A DNA stretch of 64,000 bases, taken from Chrysomallon squamiferum (Eukaryota > Animalia > Mollusca). Below are positions 52,501 through 64,000 of this stretch, piece after piece (within the stretch, counting starts at the first letter, position 1; every line of letters begins with the position of its first letter). The notes under the pieces were generated by a model, which was given only the letters and a program-made list of their open reading frames with translations, was not told the DNA's origin and ran no database searches. Both the position numbers and the translations under genes were made by a program. The stretch lies in NCBI GenBank assembly GCA_012295275.1, contig CM022670.1, positions 25,358,001 through 25,422,000 on the forward strand. The letters are read 5' to 3'.

Positions 52501-55500
52501 TTACTTGAAATAAATCTCAGGTTGAGTTCATGTTATATGGCTTAAATTATAATATTTCTGTACCAGATTACCTTCTTGTCTACAGTGTGCTGGACCAAAC
52601 AAATTCTCTAGGACATTAACCAAGTTTTGAGTAACAGACAGAGTAATTCTGACATCATCTTCAGCAGTTTCTGACTGTTCTGAACTGGCAGTTGCTACAT
52701 TATTTTTCTCATCAGATAATTCTTCACTGGACGGAGCACTGTCTGGACAAGTGGTGATGCTACTTATGTCACTTGAAACAATATCATCCTGACAGTTTTG
52801 GTTACTAATATAGGATGATGATCTGTCGTAACTAACTCTAAGCATCTTCTCCATGGTATGACTCTCCATCCTCTGTAGACGACTGTAACTATCTTTGATC
52901 AAAGACTGCTGCATTTCTTCCCAGCTAGCTAATTTGTATGTACTAACAACCTTGCTACATAGATCAAACAGTGAGGAAGTATGTTGTTCGGTTGACATAG
53001 AAAGTTGTGGACTTCCATCTTGATTTATTATCTGCTTCTGTTTTAACATTTCCTTGGCTATCTCTTGTTTGTCTACTGGAGTTAAGGGCACATCAACTCC
53101 CCAGTCCAGAAGCAAATTGACTGACCACTCGACATCATTCTGACACATTTCCAGAACTTCCCACAGTTGATGTTCACTCATATCTGGAAAGGACGTCTTC
53201 AAAAATTCAATATCAGGCTCCAAATTGTTGTGAATGTTGTCTGTCATTGTACTTTTGTCCACTTGAAACTTCATGGCAATGAAATGATCAGCTTCAATGG
53301 AAGAATGTGTTACAGAACTCTCATTCAGGCTTCTTTCTTTGCCAAGAAGAATTGTGTATCTGTCAGCATTTTTAATACAGCTTACATTAAGATCTCTGTT
53401 TATACCATCAAGAACATTAAAATCATTTGCTGTTGTCAAAGTCCAACTGGTTCTGCACTTTGCTTTTTTCACTGGTTTTGGCTCAGTGTCAACAAAATTT
53501 GTACATACACTCTGGGCAGGATCAAAAGTTCTCCAGTTTGAAGTTTCATATTTCTCTTTTGACAAGCTGCCAAGGAAATCAGAGGAATCTGTGGCTGCCA
53601 TTTTGCGTTTTGATTTTCTTTTAGATGCTTTGGGTGAACTGTGTGAAAATGTTGTTTCTTCTACATTTTTTCTTGTCTCTAAATCTGATGTCATAATCTG
53701 TGGTCTGTCAACAACCATAACAGATTCAAAGCTGGATTCTGGGACGAAATGACTTTGTTTTTCTGATTCATGACTAATGCCTGTCTCAGTGTTTGAAGTA
53801 ACCTGCTCATCACTTATCTCAAAACTCTGAACAGAGATCCCATTTACTCTGTGCTGCTCAATGTGATTAGAATCAAATGAAGTGATGGTTATTTCTGACT
53901 CTTTACTGCTTATATTACCACTTGCTGTAACATCAACTTTTTCCTGATCATTTGGTCCTAAAACAGGTATATCTAACATTGTATCCTTTCCATTATGAAT
54001 ACTTTCATGTTCAGCTTCTGTAGACAGTAATTCAACTTGACCTTTGTGGACTTTCTTTTTTCTGGCCTTTTGTGGTAGTCTTTCAGAATGTTTTCTCTCA
54101 CGTTGTGGTTTTGGTTTTTGCCATCCTGTGTCCCATTCTTTGACATCTTCTTTGCCTACTGATGCTTTCCGAGAAAGACCAGATGACCAATATTCAGCTT
54201 CAAATTTAGATTTGTTACCTGAATTATTATGTTTGTCATTTGAAGTTTTATCATTTTCTTTTATATTAGTAGCACAAGTATTTAACATATCTGATTTACT
54301 GTCATCTGTAGCTATAGATGATGGTATAGCCTTATTACTTACTTCCTGCTTTTCAGCAAGCATAGATTCCTTATTTTCAGAAAAATCTATGCAGGTTGAG
54401 ACATCTAAAAGTTGGGAATTTATATCTTTTTTAATCAGTTTGTCATCCTTGATAGCCGAATTTAAATTTATTAGTGACCTATCTGTTTTATGTATTAATG
54501 TTTTGCTTTTTTCCTGAGACAATGTAAGCTGCTGACAAGAATCTTGTGTATCTGAATTATCTGAGGAATCACTGGGCAAAGAAACAAAACCATCATCAAC
54601 ATTTGCAGCTTTCATCATTAAATCAGCAGCATTTTTCTTCTCTGCAGTAGGTTGTGGATCTACTGAATAGAAAGAAGTGTAGTCATTCTGAACAACAGCA
54701 TTATTGTTGACTTTTGAACATTTATGCTCTTCTTCAAATACCTGAAGTTCAGAACTGCCAACTTCTGGTGCTACAAATGTATTATCTTCTTCATTAAAAC
54801 GTCTGTGTATTTCATCAATAGACTGTGACCTTCTGATGTGAAAGGAGTTGTTTTCAACAGCTTCTTGTCTGGATGTTCTCATATGTTTCATTCTGGATGC
54901 CAACCACTGTGAAATTTCTCTCCTTTCTTTAGCATTCACTGGACTTATCTGCAGCAGGACCTCAAGTTCATCTTCTCTTCTCTGCCAGTCTTTCTCAGAC
55001 ATTTTATTCATTTCACCCTGATTCAGGAAATCTTCTAGTGTACTAACTACTTCATCTTTCTCTCTTTTACCAAAGTGAGGCTTTGAATAAACTGGCACAT
55101 AGTCTTCGCTATGGATAATACCAGAGCTTTGCAAAACACCTGAACAATCCATGTCATTTCCAATAACCTGGTTCTCTTTAGAAATTGTTTTATAAATTTT
55201 GTCTTCCGTGTTTGTCACATGTTTGTCAGAGGCAGATGGATTGTCTTTTAAATTTTGATGCTGCCTTTTAGATGTTTTTGTTTTAGATTTAGATTCGGAG
55301 TATTTTTTGGAGTTAGCTTTTGAATGTTCCCAATTTTGTTTTTGAGACTGCATTAAGGACGTGTATGATGAGAAAACTGGTGGCTGATTTGAGGCAATAG
55401 GAGACTGTTTAGGTGGTTCTTTTTGCAGCTGTTTACCAGGAAAGGAGAGATCATTGGTTGATTTGCTTTTTGATGGTACATTTTGCAAATTTTCTTGAAT

Positions 55501-56172
55501 CTTTTTTCTGAAAATTTAATAAAATAAAATATAGAACAAAATTTAGAAAAACAAACAAAGAATGTAATTTCAGTGTAATTTTGCAAATGTAACCAGATTT
55601 GTGTTGCTTTATTTACATTTTTAACTAACATTTTTCTCAACATTTATCAGAGCAATGATAAACACACACAGTTCAACAGAATCATAAACCAATTGCAGAT
55701 TAATTTTTCAAGAAATAATGAAATTGCTGACTGTCATCATATTTAACACTCTGACATACTGTAATATGTTTACAATCTGTGTTCCCTGTATACTGTATAA
55801 GTGAATAACCTTTGTCATAAGCCAAACAAATTATTATTACTGCAGTTAATGCAACTATTATTATTATTTAATATTATGCTTATTGTTTTTATTACAATTA
55901 CAAGCATTTCTATGTATTTCATTCTCGTGGAAAATATTATATTCAGTGAAATATGATTCGTGTTCTCTTAAGCCATTAACATATGTTCAGACCATATGTG
56001 GTTCTGAAATGTACTGATATATAGTTCTGAAATATTACTTTCACTGGTTTCACAGAAAGAATCAATACATTTTTTTTTTTTTTTATAAATAATGAATGTT
56101 TCATGTAACTATGAATATTTTATGTAATAAGATACATGCTAATAGAAATAAATCAAAACAAATTAAAACTGG

Positions 56173-56208
<36 letters not shown>

Positions 56209-59200
56209 TTTGAAGTTTTGTATATATTTTTTCAAATCCTTATTTTCAGGTTTACTAATAAATTGTTAAATAATAAGTCTGCAAATAAACTCTGAAATGT
56301 TGTAACCTGATACATTAATTAACATCAACAGATATTAATATGAAAAGACTCACTTTTCAGAATCCTTTACATATGCTATAAGTTTTTTCGCAGTGATTTT
56401 ACATTCATATCTCTGTTTCATTTTTTTAATAGCTTCTTTTGTCACTCCATGCGTATTTTTCCTGCAAGTAATTATGGTAGGAAAATACAATTACAAACAT
56501 TTAAAATACAATGTGTGTGTATAAATGTTATAACCAAAATAAAATCTAATAAATTTTCCTTCAAATTATGACTCATCTACTTTAAATATAAACCAAATTT
56601 TCAAAAAAATGAATTTTTAATTAGGCATGATCACACTTGAATGTGATTTACTCCATGGATCAGCAATATATACTTTATTTGATAAAATTATTTTGTACAA
56701 GTTTTAAATCAAGGAACATATATAATTTTATACATCTCAAAAAATAAAAAATTAATTAATTAATTGCACACAAAAATAAAAAAAAGTTAAACAAAGACAG
56801 AAACAGAAACATTAATAAAATATATATTCTTACCTTGCAAGTTCTGCTGGTTTTCCTTTCCAAGATGTATCAGGCTCAACTACTTCTATTTGATAATTGT
56901 ATTTCAGAGCCTAAAAGATATATAACCAATAACTTATTGTATCTTGTAAGTACTTAATGTAAAATGATGCGATGTAAGTAACATTTCTATAAAAATAAAA
57001 ATTAGAATTTTACTTTCTTATTCTTTTCTTTGAATTAAAAAAGATTTTTTTAAATTTTTAAACCAATAAAATAAAAAACTTGTTATATTCTGTATCAGAG
57101 ATCTTTTTCTCATCTAAAAATTCTAAACACATGTATGAAACAGCTCTAAAATACAATCATTAGAAATCAATATAACAGTTACGCTCAAAACAATAATTAA
57201 AAAATGTGTCTGTAACAGAAATGAAAATCATGAAATAAAACATTTAAAATAAATACATATTACTACAATACCAAATGTTTTTAAAAAATCAAATGAAATA
57301 ATGAAAAATAAATAAATAAATAACCACAAAAATTAAAATGTAAAAAAGAATGACCACCTTCAAACTCAAACAATCAATTACATATGAAATGAAATGAAAT
57401 GAAAGTAAGTAAGAATACATGGCCAAAGTTGACCTTTGACATATCTATTTATTTTGATGCTTAGCATTTTCTCACCAGCTTGACGTACGGTATCATTTCC
57501 CACATCTGTGAGTTTGTGTTGTCAATGATAACTGGATTGATCTTCTTTCCATTGCCTTTAAAGCTAGAAGGAAAAAGATTATAGTCGTTTATCACATTTA
57601 TCTGATGTAGATGGCCATATTTCAAATGATTTAATTATCAAAAGCAAAATTCTGAATATGTTGTTATACTTAATAAACTCAATTTGATTCAGAATATTTG
57701 AGTTTATATCAACACTGGTGAAAATCCATATTTAAATGATGAAATTAAGCAATTTTAAATAAAAAATCAGTATCAGTATGCAACATTGTGAGCAGGTATT
57801 TGTCTCTGCATAACTATTTTGTTTTACAAAAACTCATGTGCAATGGCATAAATTTACAAGACAATAAAAACTGTGCTTCTGATAATAATAATTATATATT
57901 ATAAAATATATTGTAAGCTTTGACATACAAACCTCTGGTCTTATTCCATTCATGGGCATCAGATAAGAGATTAATGTCATAGTTGTATATTCCATTTTTC
58001 ACAAAGAAGTCATCAGTAGAAAGTATAATGCCTTCAGACTTTAGTTTCCTATATTTATATTTTATATTGATTTTAAAAACAAAAGGGATTAAAATGATCA
58101 GATTATGATAAAAAATAATAACATTTGTCCTGCATCGACATCTATAGATCTTGCTCATTTGCACATTCTCTAATACATATTCTGATTGTGTATGTGTTTG
58201 TGTGTGTCTGCAAGAAGGTGTGCATGTAAAAATTACATTATATAGTTTCACCAAAAAACTAGGTCAATCAACTCTGTGTATTTTCAATATTAATTAAAAA
58301 CTAATATACCAATCATGTTAATTTAACATGAGATCTGATTTCATAAAAATATAAAAACAAAAGAAAAAGAGAATTATTTTAAAAGCTAGAAAATTGGATA
58401 AATAATTTGGAATATATATATAAACTGTATGGTGTAATTCTACAGAGAAAAATGGAGTATTTTTTGCTGGTAAATGTTGTAATCAGCATAAAGATATTAA
58501 CAATTTGTTTCAAAACAATTCAAAGATAGCATTGAAAAAAAAACAAAAAAACAACAACACTTGACAGCAATTACAGTATCCAAATATTAGGTTTTGAGGA
58601 ATAACTTTTGGACCTGCATATGATGACCACTTTTTCAGTCGATGAACTTTTCCCAATTACTTTTTCTCTATTATTTGATTTTCCTCCCTATATCAGATTC
58701 AAAACAAACTCAATATGTACATAAAAACACTTTACCTAGCAAGTGTTGATTTTCCACAGCCAGGAAGTCCTCTTAAAATAACCATCATCAACTGACCTCT
58801 GTCAAGATACTTCTTTAACCAATCAGTCTCAGCAACTGCATCAGTGTAAGTTGCATTTGATGGCACTCTACTGAAGGCAACATCTGGGCTGCAGTCATTC
58901 ATAGCAGCTTGTGAGTATGAAGCCTGGTTAGGAATAGTTTGAGCTTTTGCTGGCATATAGGAACCCAACTGAAATTCTGTCTGTGAAACCGGAATTGGTT
59001 GAAGGATCATTTGGTGTGAAGGATAATGGTGTTTATAATCTAAATGTCCTGAAGGAAAATGTGATTGCATAGAAGGAAAACCTGGATCCATTGATGTGAA
59101 TGAAGAACTGTATGACTGATTTTGTGATCCTCTTTGAGTCAAAAATACTGGATTGTCTTGGTAATCTGGTTGTGATGACTGCACATAAGAAGGAATAAAT

Positions 59201-61546
59201 TCAGGTGCATTGGGTGAGAGATAAGCATCAGCAAAATTGTGAGTCTTCTGAAGACTTGCTAAACTTTTTGTATCTTGCAAGCCAAGTAATTTGTCAGTGT
59301 TTTCAGATGCATTCTTTTTCATGAACTGCAGTGAAACAGGCCCATCATTAGTGCAATCTTTGCCACAGTTAATTTTACTAGAATCTTTTGATTTCTCATC
59401 TTCAGTTTTAGTTTCTAAAGCACATGAATCTGGAATGATTTCACCATCTTTTGTGACAGATGGTTTACTATCATCATCTAAATTTATCTTACCAACCCAT
59501 GATACTGTATTATCCATTTTCACTGAACTGCATGAACAAGTTGCTGAAAAAGTATCTACATCTATATCTGTAGTATTCTCCAGAGAAAGAAAAGTTTCAT
59601 TTACTTTATCTGCTCCCAAATCAGAATTAAAATCTTTATTACCTGCCAATGTGTTCATTGTAACAGCATCTAACCTCAATGTATGTTCACTGTCACTGTT
59701 GCCACTAGACTTATCAGATATACACCTGTTCCCATTTCCACTGTCTGTGCTGTGTTCTCGATCAATAAAATGAACATCTGTGCCCACGTGTAAATTCATA
59801 ATATTTGGGTCAGCTTCACTTTTGCGGCCACCTGTCATCACAGGTTTTAAAATGTTATGCTGATTTAAATGTTCATGTTGTAAATTAGAAATATCACATG
59901 TTGTATAAGAAACATTGGAAAAATTATTATTATCTGGATATGCACAAAAATGTGATTTCATTGTAAGATCTTTATCAGTCTCTGATATATTAACATTTAT
60001 TTCATTTGTGTCTGTTTTTTCAGTTTCTGTATTTACAACAATATGATTTTCACTATAGGTTAAAGCACGTTTTGGAGGTTCCTCAGATAATTCTATACTT
60101 GCTTCAAGTTCTTCATTAAAATGTTCAGGTGTAGGTGTTTCCTTTGTTTCATCTATCAGACTACAAGCTATCAGTGCTAAATCTGGTTCCTTGTCAATCC
60201 TTCTTTGAGGCACAGCATCCTGACTTAGTAACAAAAGTGTGTCCATACTTTTTTCTTCTGCAAGAAACAAATATATGGCATAAAGTCTGAATATGTGATG
60301 TATTTGTTAAAAATGCAAAGTATGCATTACAATAACAGTTTTTCGAGAAAGAAGAAAATGTATCTGGCAAGGAAATATATATTTGTACATGGTGTAAACA
60401 TCATATACGAATGTTATGACAAAATGAAATAAATTATCATTATTTTGCTATTACTTTTATGACTATTAACCTTGATATATATATATGATTATAATGATTA
60501 AAGAATTAATTTTACAGGTTGCTTATTTTGATTTGTATTCAGTTTAAATAATTCAAACTGGATTATATTTATAGCTTTGATCAAGTAAGGTGTGCTTTTA
60601 CAAATAAATATAAGTATGTTGAAACAAAATGTGAATGCATACATTATCAAAGCACTCCACAAAAACATGACGTGTAACATGTAAAATAACAAAGAATAAT
60701 TACAGTAAATAAATTCAATATGTTCCAGACATACCACATTTTCATCTCTTAACTTAGATTAAAAAAATACAATAGTGTACCAACAGTAATAAATGAATAC
60801 TAAATAATTTACTACACAATATAAACAATAAAAATAAATATATGTAGAAAACAATGACAAGAACCACTGTTATGCCATTCAAACACTACTGACACTATTT
60901 CATATGTCTAAAATGACATAACTGCACAACAGAAAGAACAGTATCTGAAATGTTGTCCCTTATTTGTTGCCTATGCATGTGTAACACAATATACACTGGG
61001 TAACATATATCAAGGACCCTCTGTAATCAATATAAGCTGTTGCTAATTAAGGAATAAATATTTGTTGGGTTTTTTTTTTTTTTTTTTTTAGTTATTTTAC
61101 ATTTATATATACATATATATATATATATATATTTCTGTGCATAACACATCCAAATGAAAAATGTCATCCTTTATTTGTCTTGTTACAAGTTCATTATTTT
61201 ATAATCATACATTACTGTTTGCAAAGTCTAGTCACCATGTACAAATAATCAATCACTTGAAAGGTTGCAATATACTATAACATTTAAACAAAACAAAAAC
61301 TGTATTCATTGTCATATTGACCCAGTACTGTGATGTAGATACAAATTGAAAATAATTATCACCTTCCCAGTCACATTCAGCAAGAACCATATGGATGACA
61401 TCTGCATCTATTTGATACTCAAAAATTTCTTGAAAGTGCTGAAAAATCTTATCTTTCTGTTCAGCTTTGCTCAGTGCGGCACTAGCAGCCTCTTGTAAAG
61501 GATGTTCTAACCTACTAAAATCTGGATGTCTTGGAGGACGGGGCAT
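44000..61546 (-). CDS. N4BP2: NEDD4-binding protein 2-like (CUE, P-loop polynucleotide kinase, CUE, DUF1771, Smr); 18 coding exons, ~2100 aa
   Basis: Exons: 61546-61363 (CUE-like), 60257-58736 (ends ILRGLPGCGKSTLAR, Walker A), 58048-57933 (ILSTDDFF...AHEWN), 57563-57476 (PVIIDNTNSQMWEMIPYV), 56910-56834 (EPDTSW), 56461-56354 (KNTHGV), 55507-52572, 52242-52135, 51683-51502, 49461-49337, 48662-48542, 48310-48189, 46982-46862, 46431-46264 (YAELRAE...CFSKAQQAY), 45740-45673, 45362-45262 (LDLHGFHVTEA), 44684-44555 (IITGTGRHSQGGVAKIRPAV), 44075-44000. Frame problem at ~57546 is described under findings. Confidence 0.93.
44337..44386. repeat. (TA)n microsatellite
   Basis: Seen directly. Confidence 0.95.
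46852..49681. repeat. Intragenic tandem duplication (~1.15-kb unit, two exons per unit) in N4BP2
   Basis: Copies at ~46852-48535 and ~48536-49681 are near-identical through exons and introns. The left copy is longer because of the MITE at 47167-47713. Confidence 0.95.
47167..47713. mobile_element. Non-autonomous pogo/Tigger (Tc2-like) MITE with TA target-site duplication
   Basis: Absent from the sister copy, whose empty site reads ATATCAATAAAAAATAAAAAATCTAG at ~48825. Flanked by TA (47165-47166 and 47714-47715). Starts CCGTATATACTTGTGTA and ends TCGACTTATATACAG. Internal GTATAAGTCGA repeats at ~47198, ~47255 and ~47652. Confidence 0.85.
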
Positions 61547-61617
61547 ATTTAAACTAAAACAAATAAATACAGATATTCAAAATTACATATATGTACATGT
61601 ATATATATGTAAGTTTG

Positions 61618-61660
61618 AATACCAGCCTCAGCTATATATAATATAGCTGAGGCTGGTATT
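61618..61660. repeat. Perfect 20-bp inverted repeat (hairpin) with 3-nt loop
   Basis: AATACCAGCCTCAGCTATAT-ATA-ATATAGCTGAGGCTGGTATT. Confidence 0.95.
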
Positions 61661-62279
61661 AGACAATTTTGACTGTAGGCATATTACTAATAGTAATACT
61701 AGTAACAGGAACTAAATAAAAATTATAATGAATTAATTATTAATTATTAAGCAATTTAATTATTTATTCCCATTGTCTTGCTGTTGCAAAAGTAAATAAA
61801 TAAATGAAAAAATTCAGTGTAGGATTGTTTTTAGAACAATTTGAAATTTTAAGAGAAAAACGTATTTAAATACGTCTGATTTTGTTATTGTTCAACACGT
61901 AACAACAAGTATCTTACAGTTACAGTGAGTGAGAAAAAAGAAGAAACAGAAAAATAACATTATACATTGTCTCATTGATGTCTGACATACAACTGTAATA
62001 ATATACATATGTCCGATGTATGAGTGTAACAGTATGATTAAAAATATTAAATACTGTGATACTGACAACAGAGATTATGAATTAATAATAATGCTAATAA
62101 TAACAATTATCATTGTTTTATCACTATCACCGAAAGTATCAATATGCTACCCATATTGTGAAATTCTACAGTATATTATTTCATTTCATTGTATCGCGAA
62201 AGAAACATATTATATTACGAATATATTACAGCAGCCCACCATATAGGAGTACCAAGAATGTTTAAACAAGCACTACATT

Positions 62280-62740
62280 ATTTACTATTATTGTATTAAA
62301 CTTTCGCGATCACTTCCTCATATTTTTGTCAATTCTGCGCACGTTTTCGCGCATATGTCTTCTTTATATCTCTTCTTTTCATTGGTTGTTCTAAATAACA
62401 CAGTAAGGTCTTTGAGGACGTTTACGGATATTATAGACATACCCTCAAGATAACAAAAAAAAGTTTAAAACATATTTAATCCGTTAATAAAAATGAATAT
62501 ATTTCAAAATCATATAAAATCTTAACAATATTTTATAAATACCTTTAATAAATTATTTTGTTTTATTGTTCCGAATCTCAGCACAATGTGAACCAATCAA
62601 AAGCTCCGTATTTTATATCTTGGGAATGCGCAAACCACTGATTCGCGCCGTTTCCTGCTAACTTTGAGTGTTATTTATGTTGTTTTGTTTTATAACAAAA
62701 GAAGGGAGTTAATAACATAAAACAGATTAGGTAAGCATCG
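62280..62740. promoter_or_regulatory. Putative (bidirectional) promoter for N4BP2 and a further plus-strand transcript
   Basis: Local CpG enrichment (TTCGCGAT, TGCGCA, TTCGCGC). Divergent CCAAT boxes (ATTGG at 62381, CCAAT at 62593). Strong plus-strand donor AG|GTAAGC at 62730/62731. Confidence 0.4.
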
Positions 62741-64000
62741 TCGTAAATTGTTTCAAAATCTAGCCAAATTAATATCGGTCACAAACCTTAATTTCTGGAC
62801 CGATTCGTATCTATTGCATATTCAGACAGGTTCAATTCATCATGGCTGCTAGTTGGGCAAATTCATCAAGATTCAAGATAAACTTAGTGTATCATCTGTA
62901 TGAAGATAGTAGTTTTTAAAATTAATAACATTGCATTTATTGTGAATGTCTGTATGTCTCTGAATATCCATATGATGTTTAAACTTGTATAATACATTTT
63001 TTAAACTGACATTAACAATAACTGGATCTGGTTAAGCTCAATAATTAATAAAATGAATAATTGAAATATCATCAGTCTTCTGTTGGTAGCGAAATAATAA
63101 CATAAATTAACGTTTGTTCTATTAGATACCAAACAATGTTTATATTTCTTAATAAAATACATAAGATTTATTCATATCATTGGAATTTGTTTTATTATTT
63201 ATATTCAGTATTCATTATTTTGTTATTTTTCTCATTTACTGCTTTTAAGTTAGTACTCAGGGATCATTTTGAAATTTTAAATATTTTTCATCTCTCTTGT
63301 TTGTACTTCTTGAAACTTCAGATGAAGTATAATAAATTACCTATTAATATTTAATACTTCTCATAAATATTGCCAGTGTTATTTTTGCCACATTGGGCAA
63401 TCATAATTTGAGTTATCTTTCTTTGTACACACAAATTTATATGTGGAGTAGATTTTTGGGTCTCTCTCTCTCTCTCTCTCTCTCTCAATCAGACAGCCAA
63501 TGAACATTAATTAGGTATGTAACCCAAAAATTAAAATATCTTTTTCCGATAACATTGTATATTATCAGAAAGATATCTTTGATAACATTGATATGAACAA
63601 AGTAATGCATTTTTATCTAAATACAGTTTGCTGGTGTTATTCCTTCAGAATCTATTGAGAAACTGATCCATTTCAGTCATTTGGGAACATAAATACTAAA
63701 TATTTCATATACTTTCAAACCAACATACATGTATTATATATGAAAATGATGCCTTTGATGAGTTATAGAATTAATCATGTTGCTAACACTCTTGAATTTT
63801 AATTAATTAATTACACTAATTACTTCACATGTACCTTATACCTTTATTTACGTAATTTGCAAAACCTCCATATATATGTGCATGTATATATATATATATA
63901 TATATCAATTAATAAACATTAATTTGCCTTATGATTTCAAAAAATTCATAAAAATCTAATTTACTAAGAATTGTTTTCATAATCAATCAGGGTTTGTAGG

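Noticed and set aside
53167-59773. Plus-strand ORFs of 65-160 aa overlapping the large N4BP2 exons
   Set aside because: Antisense shadows of coding exons, with no recognisable motifs or splice structure.

Overview
AT-rich, intron-containing animal genomic DNA with many microsatellites. It is probably a lophotrochozoan invertebrate such as a mollusc; this is an inference from composition and gene content. By hand-splicing GT-AG exons I recover six protein-coding genes: cyclin I (-, 2942-6621) head-to-head with a cyclin G-like gene (+, 8530-13237); a tandem pair of secreted PDGF/VEGF-family ligand genes (-, 15761-19390 and 23167-29175); MED16 (+, 35737-43079); and, convergent with it, an N4BP2/NONU-1-like PNK-CUE-Smr gene (-, 44000-61546). 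Mobile DNA comprises a decayed hAT transposon (~32.8-34.7 kb), Tc1 relics in the same intron of both PDGF/VEGF paralogs, and a pogo/Tigger-like MITE. Most notable: (1) one PDGF/VEGF paralog is truncated before the last cystine-knot cysteines and seems to take its signal-peptide exon from sequence that is intronic in the other; (2) an inverted duplication creates two back-to-back TATA/first-exon units upstream of the full-length paralog; (3) N4BP2 has an in-frame two-exon tandem duplication that doubles a CUE-like domain, plus a PAM2-like motif; (4) cyclin I and N4BP2 each have an apparent 1-bp frameshift, most likely an assembly error. I see no clear evidence of a wholly new biological system. 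Gene names rest on remembered family motifs, not on database searches.
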